Shown here: one piece after another, positions 1 to 9,493 of the stretch | How the letters are laid out: every line of letters starts with the position of its first letter | How positions within the stretch are numbered: the first letter of the stretch is position 1 | Origin: Promethearchaeota archaeon | GTDB taxonomy: Archaea > Asgardarchaeota > Lokiarchaeia > Sigyniarchaeales > Promethearchaeaceae | Assembly: GCA_016933055.1 (NCBI GenBank) | Contig: JAFGBS010000033.1 | Coordinates: forward strand, 1 to 32,000 | Direction: 5' to 3' | DNA: 32,000 bases | Notes under the pieces: generated by a model | The model's database searches: none | Told to the model about the DNA's origin: nothing | What the model saw: only the letters and a program-made list of their open reading frames with translations | Position numbers and translations under genes: made by a program

Positions 1-318
1 GAATACGATTCTAATGGAGCTGTAAAAGGCGCAGTTTCTACAACTCAATATGCTATAGGTTATGTAGGTTTGGGTTATGTTGATCTTAGCCTCCAAGTTT
101 TGGAGATAGATGATGGAGGAGGCTTTGTTGCTCCTTCTGAAGCAACGGTGCAAGATTTATCCTATCCAATTTCCAGAGATCTTTATATGATTACGATGGG
201 GACAATAGATACTCAACCAGAAAAAGTCCAAGCATTTTTTGACTTTATGTTATCCAGAGCGGGTCAGTATATCTCAAAATACGAAGATTTCGTACCATTA
301 CCAGGTTACATTCTGTAA
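1..318 (+). CDS. pstS: Phosphate ABC transporter substrate-binding protein, C-terminal part (5' truncated by window)
   Basis: Frame 1 is open from base 1: EYDSNGAVKGAVSTTQYAIGYVGLGY...SYPISRDLY, matching PstS C-lobe motifs (SN..V...V......IGY, YPI.R.LY). Lies directly upstream of pstC/A, pstB and phoU. Confidence 0.9.
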   Translation, partial: EYDSNGAVKGAVSTTQYAIGYVGLGYVDLSLQVLEIDDGGGFVAPSEATVQDLSYPISRDLYMITMGTIDTQPEKVQAFFDFMLSRAGQYISKYEDFVPLPGYIL

Positions 319-327
319 TTCCATAAC

Positions 328-338
328 TTTTTTTTTTT
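328..338 (+). terminator. Archaeal-type oligo-T terminator/attenuator after pstS
   Basis: Run of 11 T starting 10 nt after the pstS stop codon. U-tracts are the established archaeal intrinsic termination signal. Confidence 0.5.
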
Positions 339-352
339 GAGTTGAAAACGAT

Positions 353-3300
353 ATGTTACAAGAACCTGAAACAAATTACAATCACAAATGTACTGAAATA
401 ATTGAAAAGATTAAGAAATCTAAAGCAAAACCATTCAACCAGATAGTAATAACCAGTATTTTGTATTTTACTGGGATCTTTTCCATTATTGTAGTATTTT
501 TTATTATTCTATTTTTAGTCCGTGAATCTCTTCCATGGGTAAATAATGAAGAGGGATATACGTTATGGGATCTTGTTACCCAAAATGACTGGCATCCGGA
601 ATATTTTAGAGATGAAACCCAATCCGCAACATATGGGGCAGGTGGGATCATTTTTGGTTCCATTTTGGTCACTGTTGGGTCCATGATCATTGCGGTGCCG
701 CTGGGTCTGGGATGTGCAATTTTTATAGCAGAACTTGCTCCTCCCAAAGTAAAGATTTTTTTAAAAACCGCTATAGAATTATTAGCGGGTATTCCTTCAA
801 TTGTATACGGTTTCTTTGGTCTCACGATATTGTTGCCTGCTCTTATGAATCTGTTCCCGGCAAGGGAAAAAACAGGCTTTGCTGGTAGCTCCTGGCTTGC
901 AGCATCTCTTATATTGGGTATTATGGCGCTTCCCACAATCGTTAGTGTAACGGAAGACGCACTTTCAGCTGTCCCTCAGCAATATAGGGAGGCTTCCTTA
1001 GCTATGGGGGCAACAAAGTGGCAGACCATTCGTAAAGTTTTGGTTCCATCTTCAATTTCTGGGATCACAGCAGCTGTTATCCTTGGTATGGGGAGAGCTA
1101 TTGGGGAGACTATGGCAGTTTTACTGGTAGCAGGAAATACTTTAGCTTTTCCGGAAGGTCCATGGGCAATATTTGAACGGGTTCGGACCATTACCGCTAC
1201 AATTGCCACAGAAGCTAAAGAAGCTCCACATCTCGGAGATTGGTTTCATGTATTATTTGTTTTAGGAGTAATTTTGTTTCTTATGACACTCGTCATTAAT
1301 ACTATATCTGGTGTAATATTAAAGAAAATAAATGAAAGGTTTCAACCACCACCCAAGGATGAGGAAATCAATAATATTTCCAAGGAAAATATAGCTTATT
1401 CTGTAGCTTATATTCCCAGCACGATTGATGGAAGTCTACGTGTACAAAATCATGTTTTGAATGATAAGCAAGTAAAAACAATAAAACGTAATTTTGAGGT
1501 GTTTGGAAAGCGCCTAATCCTTTATGGTTGTATATCTACACTTTCATTTGCATTAATGTTAGTAGCTATTGTGGCAATAATAACATTCAATTATAACGTA
1601 ATTTTATATTGTTCGGTAATAGGTAGTATTATTTTTGCAGTAGGAATTCCGACTCAAGTAATTTTTCTTAAAAATATCAAAACCTTAAGGAATCAAATGA
1701 GCCGTGAACATTTCAGCAATTTCTACAGATTTATTCTTCTTAGTTCGATTTTTGTATCTATAGCTCTAGTAGTGTTGATATTTGGTTTGTTTAGTGCATT
1801 GTCAAATCTCAAATTAATGATTGGTTTGACTACAATATCGTCTGTGATGCTGGGATACGGTTTGGGTGTGGAATTTTTCGCATGGATAAGAATTCGAATG
1901 TTTTTTATCATTAATCCTATTATTATCAAACGTAAGGCAATCGAGGGATCTAAATCAATGCATTTATCCTCTCTGATTCGATTTATTCTCATGGTTTTTA
2001 TAACCATTTTTTGTGCACTTATTACTACTTCACTAATCAATCCTAGTGGTACTGAGGGTTTATTGCTATGGTTGAATCAAAATCGAGTGATTACAGGGTT
2101 GGGAATAATTCTGGTTTTAGTAATTACAATCTCTACTTATTTAACAGGAATTTTTAAACTAGGAAGGACTTTTACTCCTCCATTGACAGAAAAGCAACAA
2201 TTTGTCAAAAACTGGTTTGTGAAAATTGCACTATTATTAGTATTGGTCCTATTATTCTTATATGCATTTAATTGGGTTACAGTGGTAATCCTGATTCCTT
2301 TGATTTTTGGAATAGTCTATGTAATTAAAAAAATCAACCCTAAGGTGCATCAAATTATATCTTATACATTAATTACTCTTCTTACTTGCATAGTAGTAGG
2401 AGCACTTGGAATCTTGATTTTTTATATTTATAAAGGGGGTTTAGAAATTCTCGGGACCTCACTCCTCTATGCAGTAGGTGCAATTGCTTTCATCTCAATT
2501 GTGATAAGTTTTTTTAAGCAGACGTTTACTTTGAAAAAACTTTTTATCTGGATTGCACTTATTGTAATTTTAACTGCCATTACGATTCCAACATTGTATA
2601 GAAATGGTTGGACAATAAGAGGAGAGGAAGGAATAATGTTTTTCTTCTCCAAAAACGATCCCCTAGATATCCACGATGGTGGAATTTTAAACCAATTATT
2701 GGGGTCAATTTGGTTGATTTTCTTTTCCATGTTGGTTGCAATACCGATAGGGATTGGAGGAGGAATTTATCTTGCAGAATATTCAAAACCAGGTCCTTTT
2801 TCAAGTATCATCCGATCTGCTATTGATAATCTAAACGGAACCCCTTCTATTGTATTTGGCATCTTTGGATGGTCATTCTTTGTATTTTTCTTAAATTTTG
2901 GTATCTCATTACTAGCTGGAATGTTTACCATGGCGCTAATGGTTCTACCTACATTGATGCGAGTAACAGAAGAGGCAATTAAAGCTGTCCCTCAAGGTTT
3001 GAAGGAGGGAAGTTATGCTATGGGGACCACAAAATGGCAAACTATTCGAAAGATAGTTTTACCTGTAGCAAGACCAAGTATTGTGACAGGAGTTGTTTTG
3101 TCCATGGGTAGGGTGGCTGGAGAAACCGCGCCTATATTATTTACATGTGCCGTATTGCAAAAAAGATTTTCGTGGGGTCCTTTCGATCTTTCTGCAAAAC
3201 CATTTTGGAAGATTTTTACTCCTTTTGGAGAAGGTCTTCAACTCTTACCATACCACGTGTTAGATATGACCACAGAATTACAAGATGCTAGTCGAGCTGG

Positions 3301-3391
3301 TGGAACAGCACTCGTTTTATTAGTTTTAGTACTAGTATTGTTTTCTATAGCGACTTTCTTACGATTGAAATATAAAAAAGCTTTGAAGTGA
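353..3391 (+). CDS. pstC-pstA: Fused phosphate ABC permease PstC-PstA with a large central multi-TM insertion
   Basis: The N-terminal ~325 aa carry PstC motifs ([33 protein letters not shown]). The C-terminal ~260 aa carry PstA motifs ([33 protein letters not shown]). One continuous reading frame joins them. Confidence 0.9.
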   Translation: MLQEPETNYNHKCTEIIEKIKKSKAKPFNQIVITSILYFTGIFSIIVVFFIILFLVRESLPWVNNEEGYTLWDLVTQNDWHPEYFRDETQSATYGAGGIIFGSILVTVGSMIIAVPLGLGCAIFIAELAPPKVKIFLKTAIELLAGIPSIVYGFFGLTILLPALMNLFPAREKTGFAGSSWLAASLILGIMALPTIVSVTEDALSAVPQQYREASLAMGATKWQTIRKVLVPSSISGITAAVILGMGRAIGETMAVLLVAGNTLAFPEGPWAIFERVRTITATIATEAKEAPHLGDWFHVLFVLGVILFLMTLVINTISGVILKKINERFQPPPKDEEINNISKENIAYSVAYIPSTIDGSLRVQNHVLNDKQVKTIKRNFEVFGKRLILYGCISTLSFALMLVAIVAIITFNYNVILYCSVIGSIIFAVGIPTQVIFLKNIKTLRNQMSREHFSNFYRFILLSSIFVSIALVVLIFGLFSALSNLKLMIGLTTISSVMLGYGLGVEFFAWIRIRMFFIINPIIIKRKAIEGSKSMHLSSLIRFILMVFITIFCALITTSLINPSGTEGLLLWLNQNRVITGLGIILVLVITISTYLTGIFKLGRTFTPPLTEKQQFVKNWFVKIALLLVLVLLFLYAFNWVTVVILIPLIFGIVYVIKKINPKVHQIISYTLITLLTCIVVGALGILIFYIYKGGLEILGTSLLYAVGAIAFISIVISFFKQTFTLKKLFIWIALIVILTAITIPTLYRNGWTIRGEEGIMFFFSKNDPLDIHDGGILNQLLGSIWLIFFSMLVAIPIGIGGGIYLAEYSKPGPFSSIIRSAIDNLNGTPSIVFGIFGWSFFVFFLNFGISLLAGMFTMALMVLPTLMRVTEEAIKAVPQGLKEGSYAMGTTKWQTIRKIVLPVARPSIVTGVVLSMGRVAGETAPILFTCAVLQKRFSWGPFDLSAKPFWKIFTPFGEGLQLLPYHVLDMTTELQDASRAGGTALVLLVLVLVLFSIATFLRLKYKKALK

Positions 3392-4161
3392 GGAACATGA
3401 AGAGCAATAATAACATCATTGAATCTGATAAATTTTCGTTTTGGTATGGAAATATTCGCGCACTAAAAGAAATCGACATTCAAATAGAAAAAAATAAAAT
3501 AACTGCTATTATAGGACCTTCAGGCTGTGGAAAAAGTACATTAATCCGGTCATTTAATCGGATGAATGATGTATATGAAAATGCTATATATGGGGGTAGA
3601 ATCACCTTTAAGGGAATAAATATTTTTGATAAAAAGACGGAAATAACGGATCTACGTAAGTGTGTTGGTATGATATTCCAAAAGCCGAACCCTTTCCCGA
3701 TGAGTTTATGGGAAAATATAGCCTATGGACCTAAGACCCATGGCATCCATGAGAAAAGCCATTTAGATGAAATTGTAGAGAGATCGATTAAACTTGCTGC
3801 CTTATGGGATGAAGTTGAAAATCGATTAGGAGAGTCTGCTCTAGGCTTATCAGGAGGCCAACAACAAAGATTATGTATTGCACGAGCACTTTCAATAGAA
3901 CCAGAAGTACTACTGTTAGATGAACCGACATCTGCGTTGGACCCAATTGCAACTGGCAAGATCGAAAATCTCATCATAGAATTAAAAAATAAATATACGA
4001 TCGCCATTGTTACTCATAACATGCAGCAAGCTGCACGAATAAGTGATTATACTGCCTTTTTGTACCTTGGGGAATTGGTGGAATTTGGACCCACAAGGGA
4101 TATTTTTGAACGCCCTAAAGAAAAACTTACTGAAAGATACATTACAGGAAGATTTGGTTAA
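3388..4161 (+). CDS. pstB: Phosphate ABC transporter ATP-binding protein
   Basis: Walker [69 protein letters not shown]. Start is GTG 3388 or ATG 3397. Confidence 0.95.
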   Translation: MRNMKSNNNIIESDKFSFWYGNIRALKEIDIQIEKNKITAIIGPSGCGKSTLIRSFNRMNDVYENAIYGGRITFKGINIFDKKTEITDLRKCVGMIFQKPNPFPMSLWENIAYGPKTHGIHEKSHLDEIVERSIKLAALWDEVENRLGESALGLSGGQQQRLCIARALSIEPEVLLLDEPTSALDPIATGKIENLIIELKNKYTIAIVTHNMQQAARISDYTAFLYLGELVEFGPTRDIFERPKEKLTERYITGRFG

Positions 4162-4172
4162 GGTGAAAAAGA

Positions 4173-4826
4173 ATGGAAAAATTTCATAATGAATTAAAAA
4201 GCTTAAAACGAGACATTTTGGAAATGGGGGATTTTGCATTAGGAATGTTGATAGAATCTATGGATGCTTTTAAAAATTTAGACATGCAGTTCGCTGAAGA
4301 AGTTCACAGCAAAAAAGATAAAATCATGGAACTGGAAACAATCTTAGAACAAAGAACATTAGAATTGATGCTTAAATACCAACCTATGGCAAAGGATTTA
4401 CGAACTTTAGCATGCATCTTTACTGCATTGGTTCATATCACCAGAATAGGGAGATATAGTAAAGATATCGCAAATATACTGCTAAAGGAACTTAAAGATA
4501 AACAGCAACACATGAAAAAGCTCATTACATTATCCAGCATGATTGAAAATGTCGAAAGCATGATAAGAGACGTTTTGACTGCTTTTGATACAAAGGACTT
4601 AAGAATATTGGAAGGATTTTCTGAACGGGATGACATTGTAGATGAACAAAGAATGGAGATATTTCGAGAATGTTTGACATATATGATGGAAGATTCGAAA
4701 AATATCCCATTCTGTATCGCTTATATAATGGTGGCAAGATATTTGGAACGATGTGGAGACCATGCATGTAGAATTGCTGAAAAAATTCATTACATGGTTG
4801 AGGGTAGAATTATTGAAGTACGCTAA
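4173..4826 (+). CDS. phoU: Phosphate signalling/uptake regulator PhoU
   Basis: QPMAKDLR, RIGRY, DDIVD and RYLERCGDHACRIAE motifs. Follows pstB. Confidence 0.92.
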   Translation: MEKFHNELKSLKRDILEMGDFALGMLIESMDAFKNLDMQFAEEVHSKKDKIMELETILEQRTLELMLKYQPMAKDLRTLACIFTALVHITRIGRYSKDIANILLKELKDKQQHMKKLITLSSMIENVESMIRDVLTAFDTKDLRILEGFSERDDIVDEQRMEIFRECLTYMMEDSKNIPFCIAYIMVARYLERCGDHACRIAEKIHYMVEGRIIEVR

Positions 4827-4851
4827 AACAACATAGACAAAGGATGTATTA

Positions 4852-6399
4852 ATGAGGCAAAACGATAAACAAACTGGATATATAAGCGGGGGAATTTTAG
4901 TTGGGGTTGGAGTTCTTTTAGTAGTAAGTTTAGTGATTCTCCCCTTTTATTTTGATAGTCAGTTTGTTGAACCAAAAACCCCAGAAGTATTAATTGCATT
5001 TCGAAATACTTCTTTGGATCCTATTGAACTTGGAGCTTATTCGCTTTATATGGAAAAAATTCACACTCATATAAGAAACAATTTCGGGGGAAATATAAAA
5101 CTAGCGGAATATATCAACGCCACTAAAAGTATGGATATTTTTATAGATATTTGGGACACAATGAGAGCTTTATCTGTCTATGGCGGAGACAAAAATGCTT
5201 CTTTAGTTGGGATCTTTAATGAAAACATACAAACATCTTATGAAACTTCTATACCAGGAATATCTGAAGCCATTAATGGAAACACAAGCTTGGAATATAA
5301 CGAAACGAATACCAACAAACTGATAAATGGTACCAGTTTTTCAGGAGTAATATTACCCGGATTTCTTCAACAGGACTATAATGGTCAACCGGGAATCATC
5401 GCGTTCAATGAAATGTACATGAATCCTTCAAATTTTGGGATATCCTTTGATAATATCATTCAGGCATATAGCCTTACCTCAAATCTACAATTAGATGCAG
5501 TAATAGAATGGTTTCGCACAATTCTATATCCATTTGTTCCTGAATACATTTCCGAAGTGTTAGGTTTTTCAGTCCCTGAAATTCCCATCTCATCAGCAGA
5601 AGATTATATAAAATTGCAATGGGCAGAAAATGCCATAATTATTGATGGATTACATGAAAGGGATAACATTTTTAAGGGATTTGAAGTTACAACAAATTTT
5701 ACAGAATATTCCCAAGTCATAGCGTTATGGGATTCATTTACCAATATAACAATCCTCAAATTATGGTTTTCTGCATTAGATGATAACATTAGTTCAATAA
5801 ACATACTTAAATCAACCTATAGTTTAAATTCTACACAATATATTGCATTAGAAAATTGGTTAATAAATTTAGAAGTCTGTATGCAAGAATTTCTAGCAGT
5901 TGAATTTGATTTTCCAAATTTAGTCAATTTTTATGAGCGTCTATTTTTGAAACAATGGATGGAACGTGTAGTCTATAAGGATGGTTTATGGGAAGGTTTT
6001 GAAATTTATCTTAGAAATCCACTAGATTCTGATGATGCCCTGGATCTTTGGGATGAAACGAATTCTGCTGCCATAACAAATTCAACCGGTATTATAAAAT
6101 GGTATAAAGCTGTTGATGACCGGGATAGCGTAGCTTTTAAGAATTTAGCGAAAATTTATAATTTCGGAGATAGAACTATGGCGGGTATTTGTGATTGGTT
6201 AAGAGTTTGGAGGTTAGAGACCTTTTATACCATAGCAGAAAATCTTAATCTATTTCCTTCGATTCCTATCTGGGGAACTGATTTAAAACAAGCAGTGCTG
6301 AATATCACCAGTTCGCTAAGCGTTTCAAGTATTTTGTCAGTTTTGGGTGGACTCACTGTTGTTTTCGTTAAACAAACAAAAAGATCAAATAAAAATTAA
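4852..6399 (+). CDS. Hypothetical membrane-anchored extracellular glycoprotein with ~115-aa internal repeats
   Basis: Hydrophobic segments at both termini, 12 N-x-S/T sequons, and repeated YSL/QW/GFE/LWD/W..A.DD motifs. Confidence 0.75.
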   Translation: MRQNDKQTGYISGGILVGVGVLLVVSLVILPFYFDSQFVEPKTPEVLIAFRNTSLDPIELGAYSLYMEKIHTHIRNNFGGNIKLAEYINATKSMDIFIDIWDTMRALSVYGGDKNASLVGIFNENIQTSYETSIPGISEAINGNTSLEYNETNTNKLINGTSFSGVILPGFLQQDYNGQPGIIAFNEMYMNPSNFGISFDNIIQAYSLTSNLQLDAVIEWFRTILYPFVPEYISEVLGFSVPEIPISSAEDYIKLQWAENAIIIDGLHERDNIFKGFEVTTNFTEYSQVIALWDSFTNITILKLWFSALDDNISSINILKSTYSLNSTQYIALENWLINLEVCMQEFLAVEFDFPNLVNFYERLFLKQWMERVVYKDGLWEGFEIYLRNPLDSDDALDLWDETNSAAITNSTGIIKWYKAVDDRDSVAFKNLAKIYNFGDRTMAGICDWLRVWRLETFYTIAENLNLFPSIPIWGTDLKQAVLNITSSLSVSSILSVLGGLTVVFVKQTKRSNKN

Positions 6400-6403
6400 T
6401 TAC

Positions 6404-7084
6404 TTATTTTTGGGCAGTTTTTAATACTTCGATATAATCTCCAACATCTTCCACTTTGTCGCTGATTGTTTCAATCATATCCACTAAATTTGAGATTTGA
6501 ATTGCTACAAAATAGTTAAAGGGAAACTCTTTCATTTTATTTAATTCTACATAAATTTCTGATTGAATGATATCGCATTTATGTTCAAGGAATTGAATTT
6601 TTTCACATAGTTTTAAGACTTCTTCCGTTTCAGCATCTCGAAATCGTTTCCATATCGATATCAATAGTTTCGTCCCTTGGATTGCATAATCAATGGATTC
6701 AAGTAATTTATCAAAGATAGTGTCTCCTAAGGACAGTAAATTATCAGGAGGAATACCCATGATCCTACGAGCTGCACCATTTGTCATATTCGCAACCCTA
6801 TCGATTCTTTTTACTATATGGCTCAAGTCTCCTCTAATTTGTGAACTTAGCTCAGATTTTGAGATTTTTCTTAAAATGTCTCTTCTAATGATATCAGCTT
6901 CTCGTTCTAAATTATCTACACGATGAAATATTTCCATTGCCAATTGTGGATTTTTTTCCTTAACGAATATATTGAATCCCCGTTCAAATTCAACAAGAGT
7001 TTCTAATACTTTACGCAGATGCGTTGTTGTACGCTCTAAAATGTCAGCTGAATTTCTATCTCTAAACCATAATTTCAAACTCAT
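6404..7084 (-). CDS. DUF47 / PhoU-like helical protein (TIGR00153-like)
   Basis: LEREADIIRR, KRIDRVAN, LEHKCD and ETISDKVEDVGD follow the two-repeat DUF47 pattern. Confidence 0.85.
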   Translation of the reverse strand: MSLKLWFRDRNSADILERTTTHLRKVLETLVEFERGFNIFVKEKNPQLAMEIFHRVDNLEREADIIRRDILRKISKSELSSQIRGDLSHIVKRIDRVANMTNGAARRIMGIPPDNLLSLGDTIFDKLLESIDYAIQGTKLLISIWKRFRDAETEEVLKLCEKIQFLEHKCDIIQSEIYVELNKMKEFPFNYFVAIQISNLVDMIETISDKVEDVGDYIEVLKTAQK

Positions 7085-7112
7085 TTTTTCTAATTCTCCT
7101 ATATTTTTCGTC

Positions 7113-8336
7113 CTAATTAATTCTGAGGGTTTCCTCTAATTCTTTATTGGAAATTCTCGGGAAAACAATAACAAATTCACTCGGAAAATAAGCCGTTATT
7201 GCTTCATTTACTACAAAATTATGAATAGCAGTGCGAGTAGTAGGAACTTCAATTTTTAATGTTTTTTTCGGTGATGATTTGTTGTTGTTTTCTGTAAGCA
7301 TATATTCTACAGACCAGTTTTCAGGTTTATAAGGTGAAATTAATTCGATTCGCAACCAAGCTCCCATAAACTTCACTCGTTTGATTTTACCGTAAATACT
7401 ATTTGTTTTTGTTTCCCTTTTTTTATGTCTAGCTTTGAAATACTGAGACCTGATAAGGAAGGTCACTTCATCTCCTACTTCAAAATCTTTTTCTGTTTTT
7501 GCATACAAAATGTAATTTTCTTCTGTTTTAACACTTATTTTCGAAAAAGTTTTGTCTTTGAAATAAGTTCCTTCTGCTGGGCTTTTAGATAAAATTTTTC
7601 CTGAAAAGTGATTTATTTCGGTACTGAAAAAGTTAGCTATGAACAAATCCTGCGGATTGTACATGATTTCGTTAGGTGTATCGAACTGACGAATTTTACC
7701 TTGATGTAGCACAATAATTCGTTCTCCCATCATTGCCTCTTGCATATCATTAGTTACATGGATAGTGGTCATATGAAGAAGAGGGCTTTTAGCAATTTTC
7801 TTTACTTCTATTCGTAGATTCATTCGCAACCCTGCATCTAATGATTTAAATGGTTCATCAAGTATCAAGATTCCTCTTTTTTCTAAAGCCATAATTGCCC
7901 TAGCTAGGGCTACCCGTTGCTTCATACCACCTGAGCATTCATAGGGAAAAGCAGAATCCCGATTTGAAAGTCTCACCAAATCAATTACCTCTCGACTCAT
8001 AACATAGGTGTCTTGGTGATCTGATTCTTTCATATGTCGAGCGTAACTTATATTATCCAAAATATTTAGATGTGGAAAAAGAGCGTAGGATTCAAACATA
8101 ACTCCGCAGTTACGCTCTTCTGGAGGAATATTTGTAACCTCTATACCATCAAAAAAAATCTTACCAGAGCTGGGTTTAATTAATCCCGCGATTATTTTGA
8201 TGAGGCTGGTTTTTCCAGCACCCGTTGGTCCCACTAAGGTAACATATTCTCCGTCATCGATAGTTAAACTAATATTATCCAAGATAACCTTATCCTGTAT
8301 TTCGAAGCTAAGATTTTCAATTCTAATCTCAGTCAT
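7113..8336 (-). CDS. ABC importer ATP-binding subunit (CysA/ModC/PotA class, TOBE-like C-terminus); Q-loop and H-switch substituted
   Basis: GPTGAGKT, MFESYALFP (Q to E), CSGGMKQRVALARA, LDEPF, VTND (H to N). Confidence 0.9.
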   Translation of the reverse strand: MTEIRIENLSFEIQDKVILDNISLTIDDGEYVTLVGPTGAGKTSLIKIIAGLIKPSSGKIFFDGIEVTNIPPEERNCGVMFESYALFPHLNILDNISYARHMKESDHQDTYVMSREVIDLVRLSNRDSAFPYECSGGMKQRVALARAIMALEKRGILILDEPFKSLDAGLRMNLRIEVKKIAKSPLLHMTTIHVTNDMQEAMMGERIIVLHQGKIRQFDTPNEIMYNPQDLFIANFFSTEINHFSGKILSKSPAEGTYFKDKTFSKISVKTEENYILYAKTEKDFEVGDEVTFLIRSQYFKARHKKRETKTNSIYGKIKRVKFMGAWLRIELISPYKPENWSVEYMLTENNNKSSPKKTLKIEVPTTRTAIHNFVVNEAITAYFPSEFVIVFPRISNKELEETLRIN

Positions 8337-9475
8337 TGCAGATCCATCTCCTTGGATAAATTTTCAGGATATTTGAATAATCTTAAATCACCGTTAAAAA
8401 AACCAATCTTAACTCCTTCATGTAAATCAAAATGATATTGGAAGACTTCAGGTTTCGCGACTGTGAGTGTGTCTCCGTTGTCAAGTTCGACGATAAAACG
8501 CAGATCTTTTCCAGTTAAAAATTTTTCTAACACTTCTCCATCACTTACAACAATATCCGTCCAATTTGCTTGTGAATGTTCAAAATCATATTGTAGAGGA
8601 AACAGATATACATCCTCAAAGCGGAAACTCACTATCACATTTTCATCCAAAGAAAATTTTTTGTCAGACGAATGAATTGTGAAAGTCGGTCCTCCTAAAC
8701 GTATCCTCACATCGTAATTATCATCTAAATGGACCTTTCGGATATAGCCTTCTAAGATATTGATTCCCCCTAAGAAATTCGCCACAAATATTGAATTAGG
8801 GAACCGATATAATACTTCGGGTTTGTTCTGTTGTAATAAATGTCCATCACGCATGACAATAATATAATCCCCAATAGTCATCGCTTCCTCTTGATTATGA
8901 GTGACTTGGATTGCCGTTAATTTTTGATCTTTTATAATCGCTCGTAATTCCCATCGAAATTCAGCTGATATCTTAGGATCAAGAGATCCCAGCGGTTCAT
9001 CCATTATTAGGATTTTTGCACCACTACAGATAGCTCTAGCTAAGCCCAATCTCTGTAAATCCCCATTTCCCCACCCGATTGGAATTTCGTCAGCGCGATC
9101 TAATAATCCTACTAATTCTAATGCTTTTTCACCCTCTTGAATAATATATTCTTGCGTAAAACCCTGAACTTTCAATGCGTACGTACAGTTCTCAAATACG
9201 GATATTGGGAATATGTTGAAGTCTTGGAAAATAAATGCAATACCACGCTGTTGCGGAGGCTTATCTGTTACATCTATTCCATCAATAAACACTTTTCCAC
9301 TCGTAGGTTGAATTAATCCTGATATTGTTTTGAGCATCGTTGTTTTTCCGCAGCCAGAGGGTCCTAAAAGAAATGCAAAATCACCATCTTTAATTTTTAG
9401 ATTTACATTATTTAGCGCAATAACTCTCCCCTCATCAAATTCTTTTCTAATGTTCCGTAATTCTATATCTGGCAT
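8333..9475 (-). CDS. ABC importer ATP-binding subunit (CysA/ModC/PotA class); signature motif degenerate
   Basis: GPSGCGKT, IFQDF, WGNGDLQRLGLARA in place of LSGGQ, MDEP, VTHN. 4-nt overlap with the next ATPase gene. Confidence 0.9.
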   Translation of the reverse strand: MPDIELRNIRKEFDEGRVIALNNVNLKIKDGDFAFLLGPSGCGKTTMLKTISGLIQPTSGKVFIDGIDVTDKPPQQRGIAFIFQDFNIFPISVFENCTYALKVQGFTQEYIIQEGEKALELVGLLDRADEIPIGWGNGDLQRLGLARAICSGAKILIMDEPLGSLDPKISAEFRWELRAIIKDQKLTAIQVTHNQEEAMTIGDYIIVMRDGHLLQQNKPEVLYRFPNSIFVANFLGGINILEGYIRKVHLDDNYDVRIRLGGPTFTIHSSDKKFSLDENVIVSFRFEDVYLFPLQYDFEHSQANWTDIVVSDGEVLEKFLTGKDLRFIVELDNGDTLTVAKPEVFQYHFDLHEGVKIGFFNGDLRLFKYPENLSKEMDLQ

Positions 9476-9493
9476 TTTATGTTCTCCCTCTGG

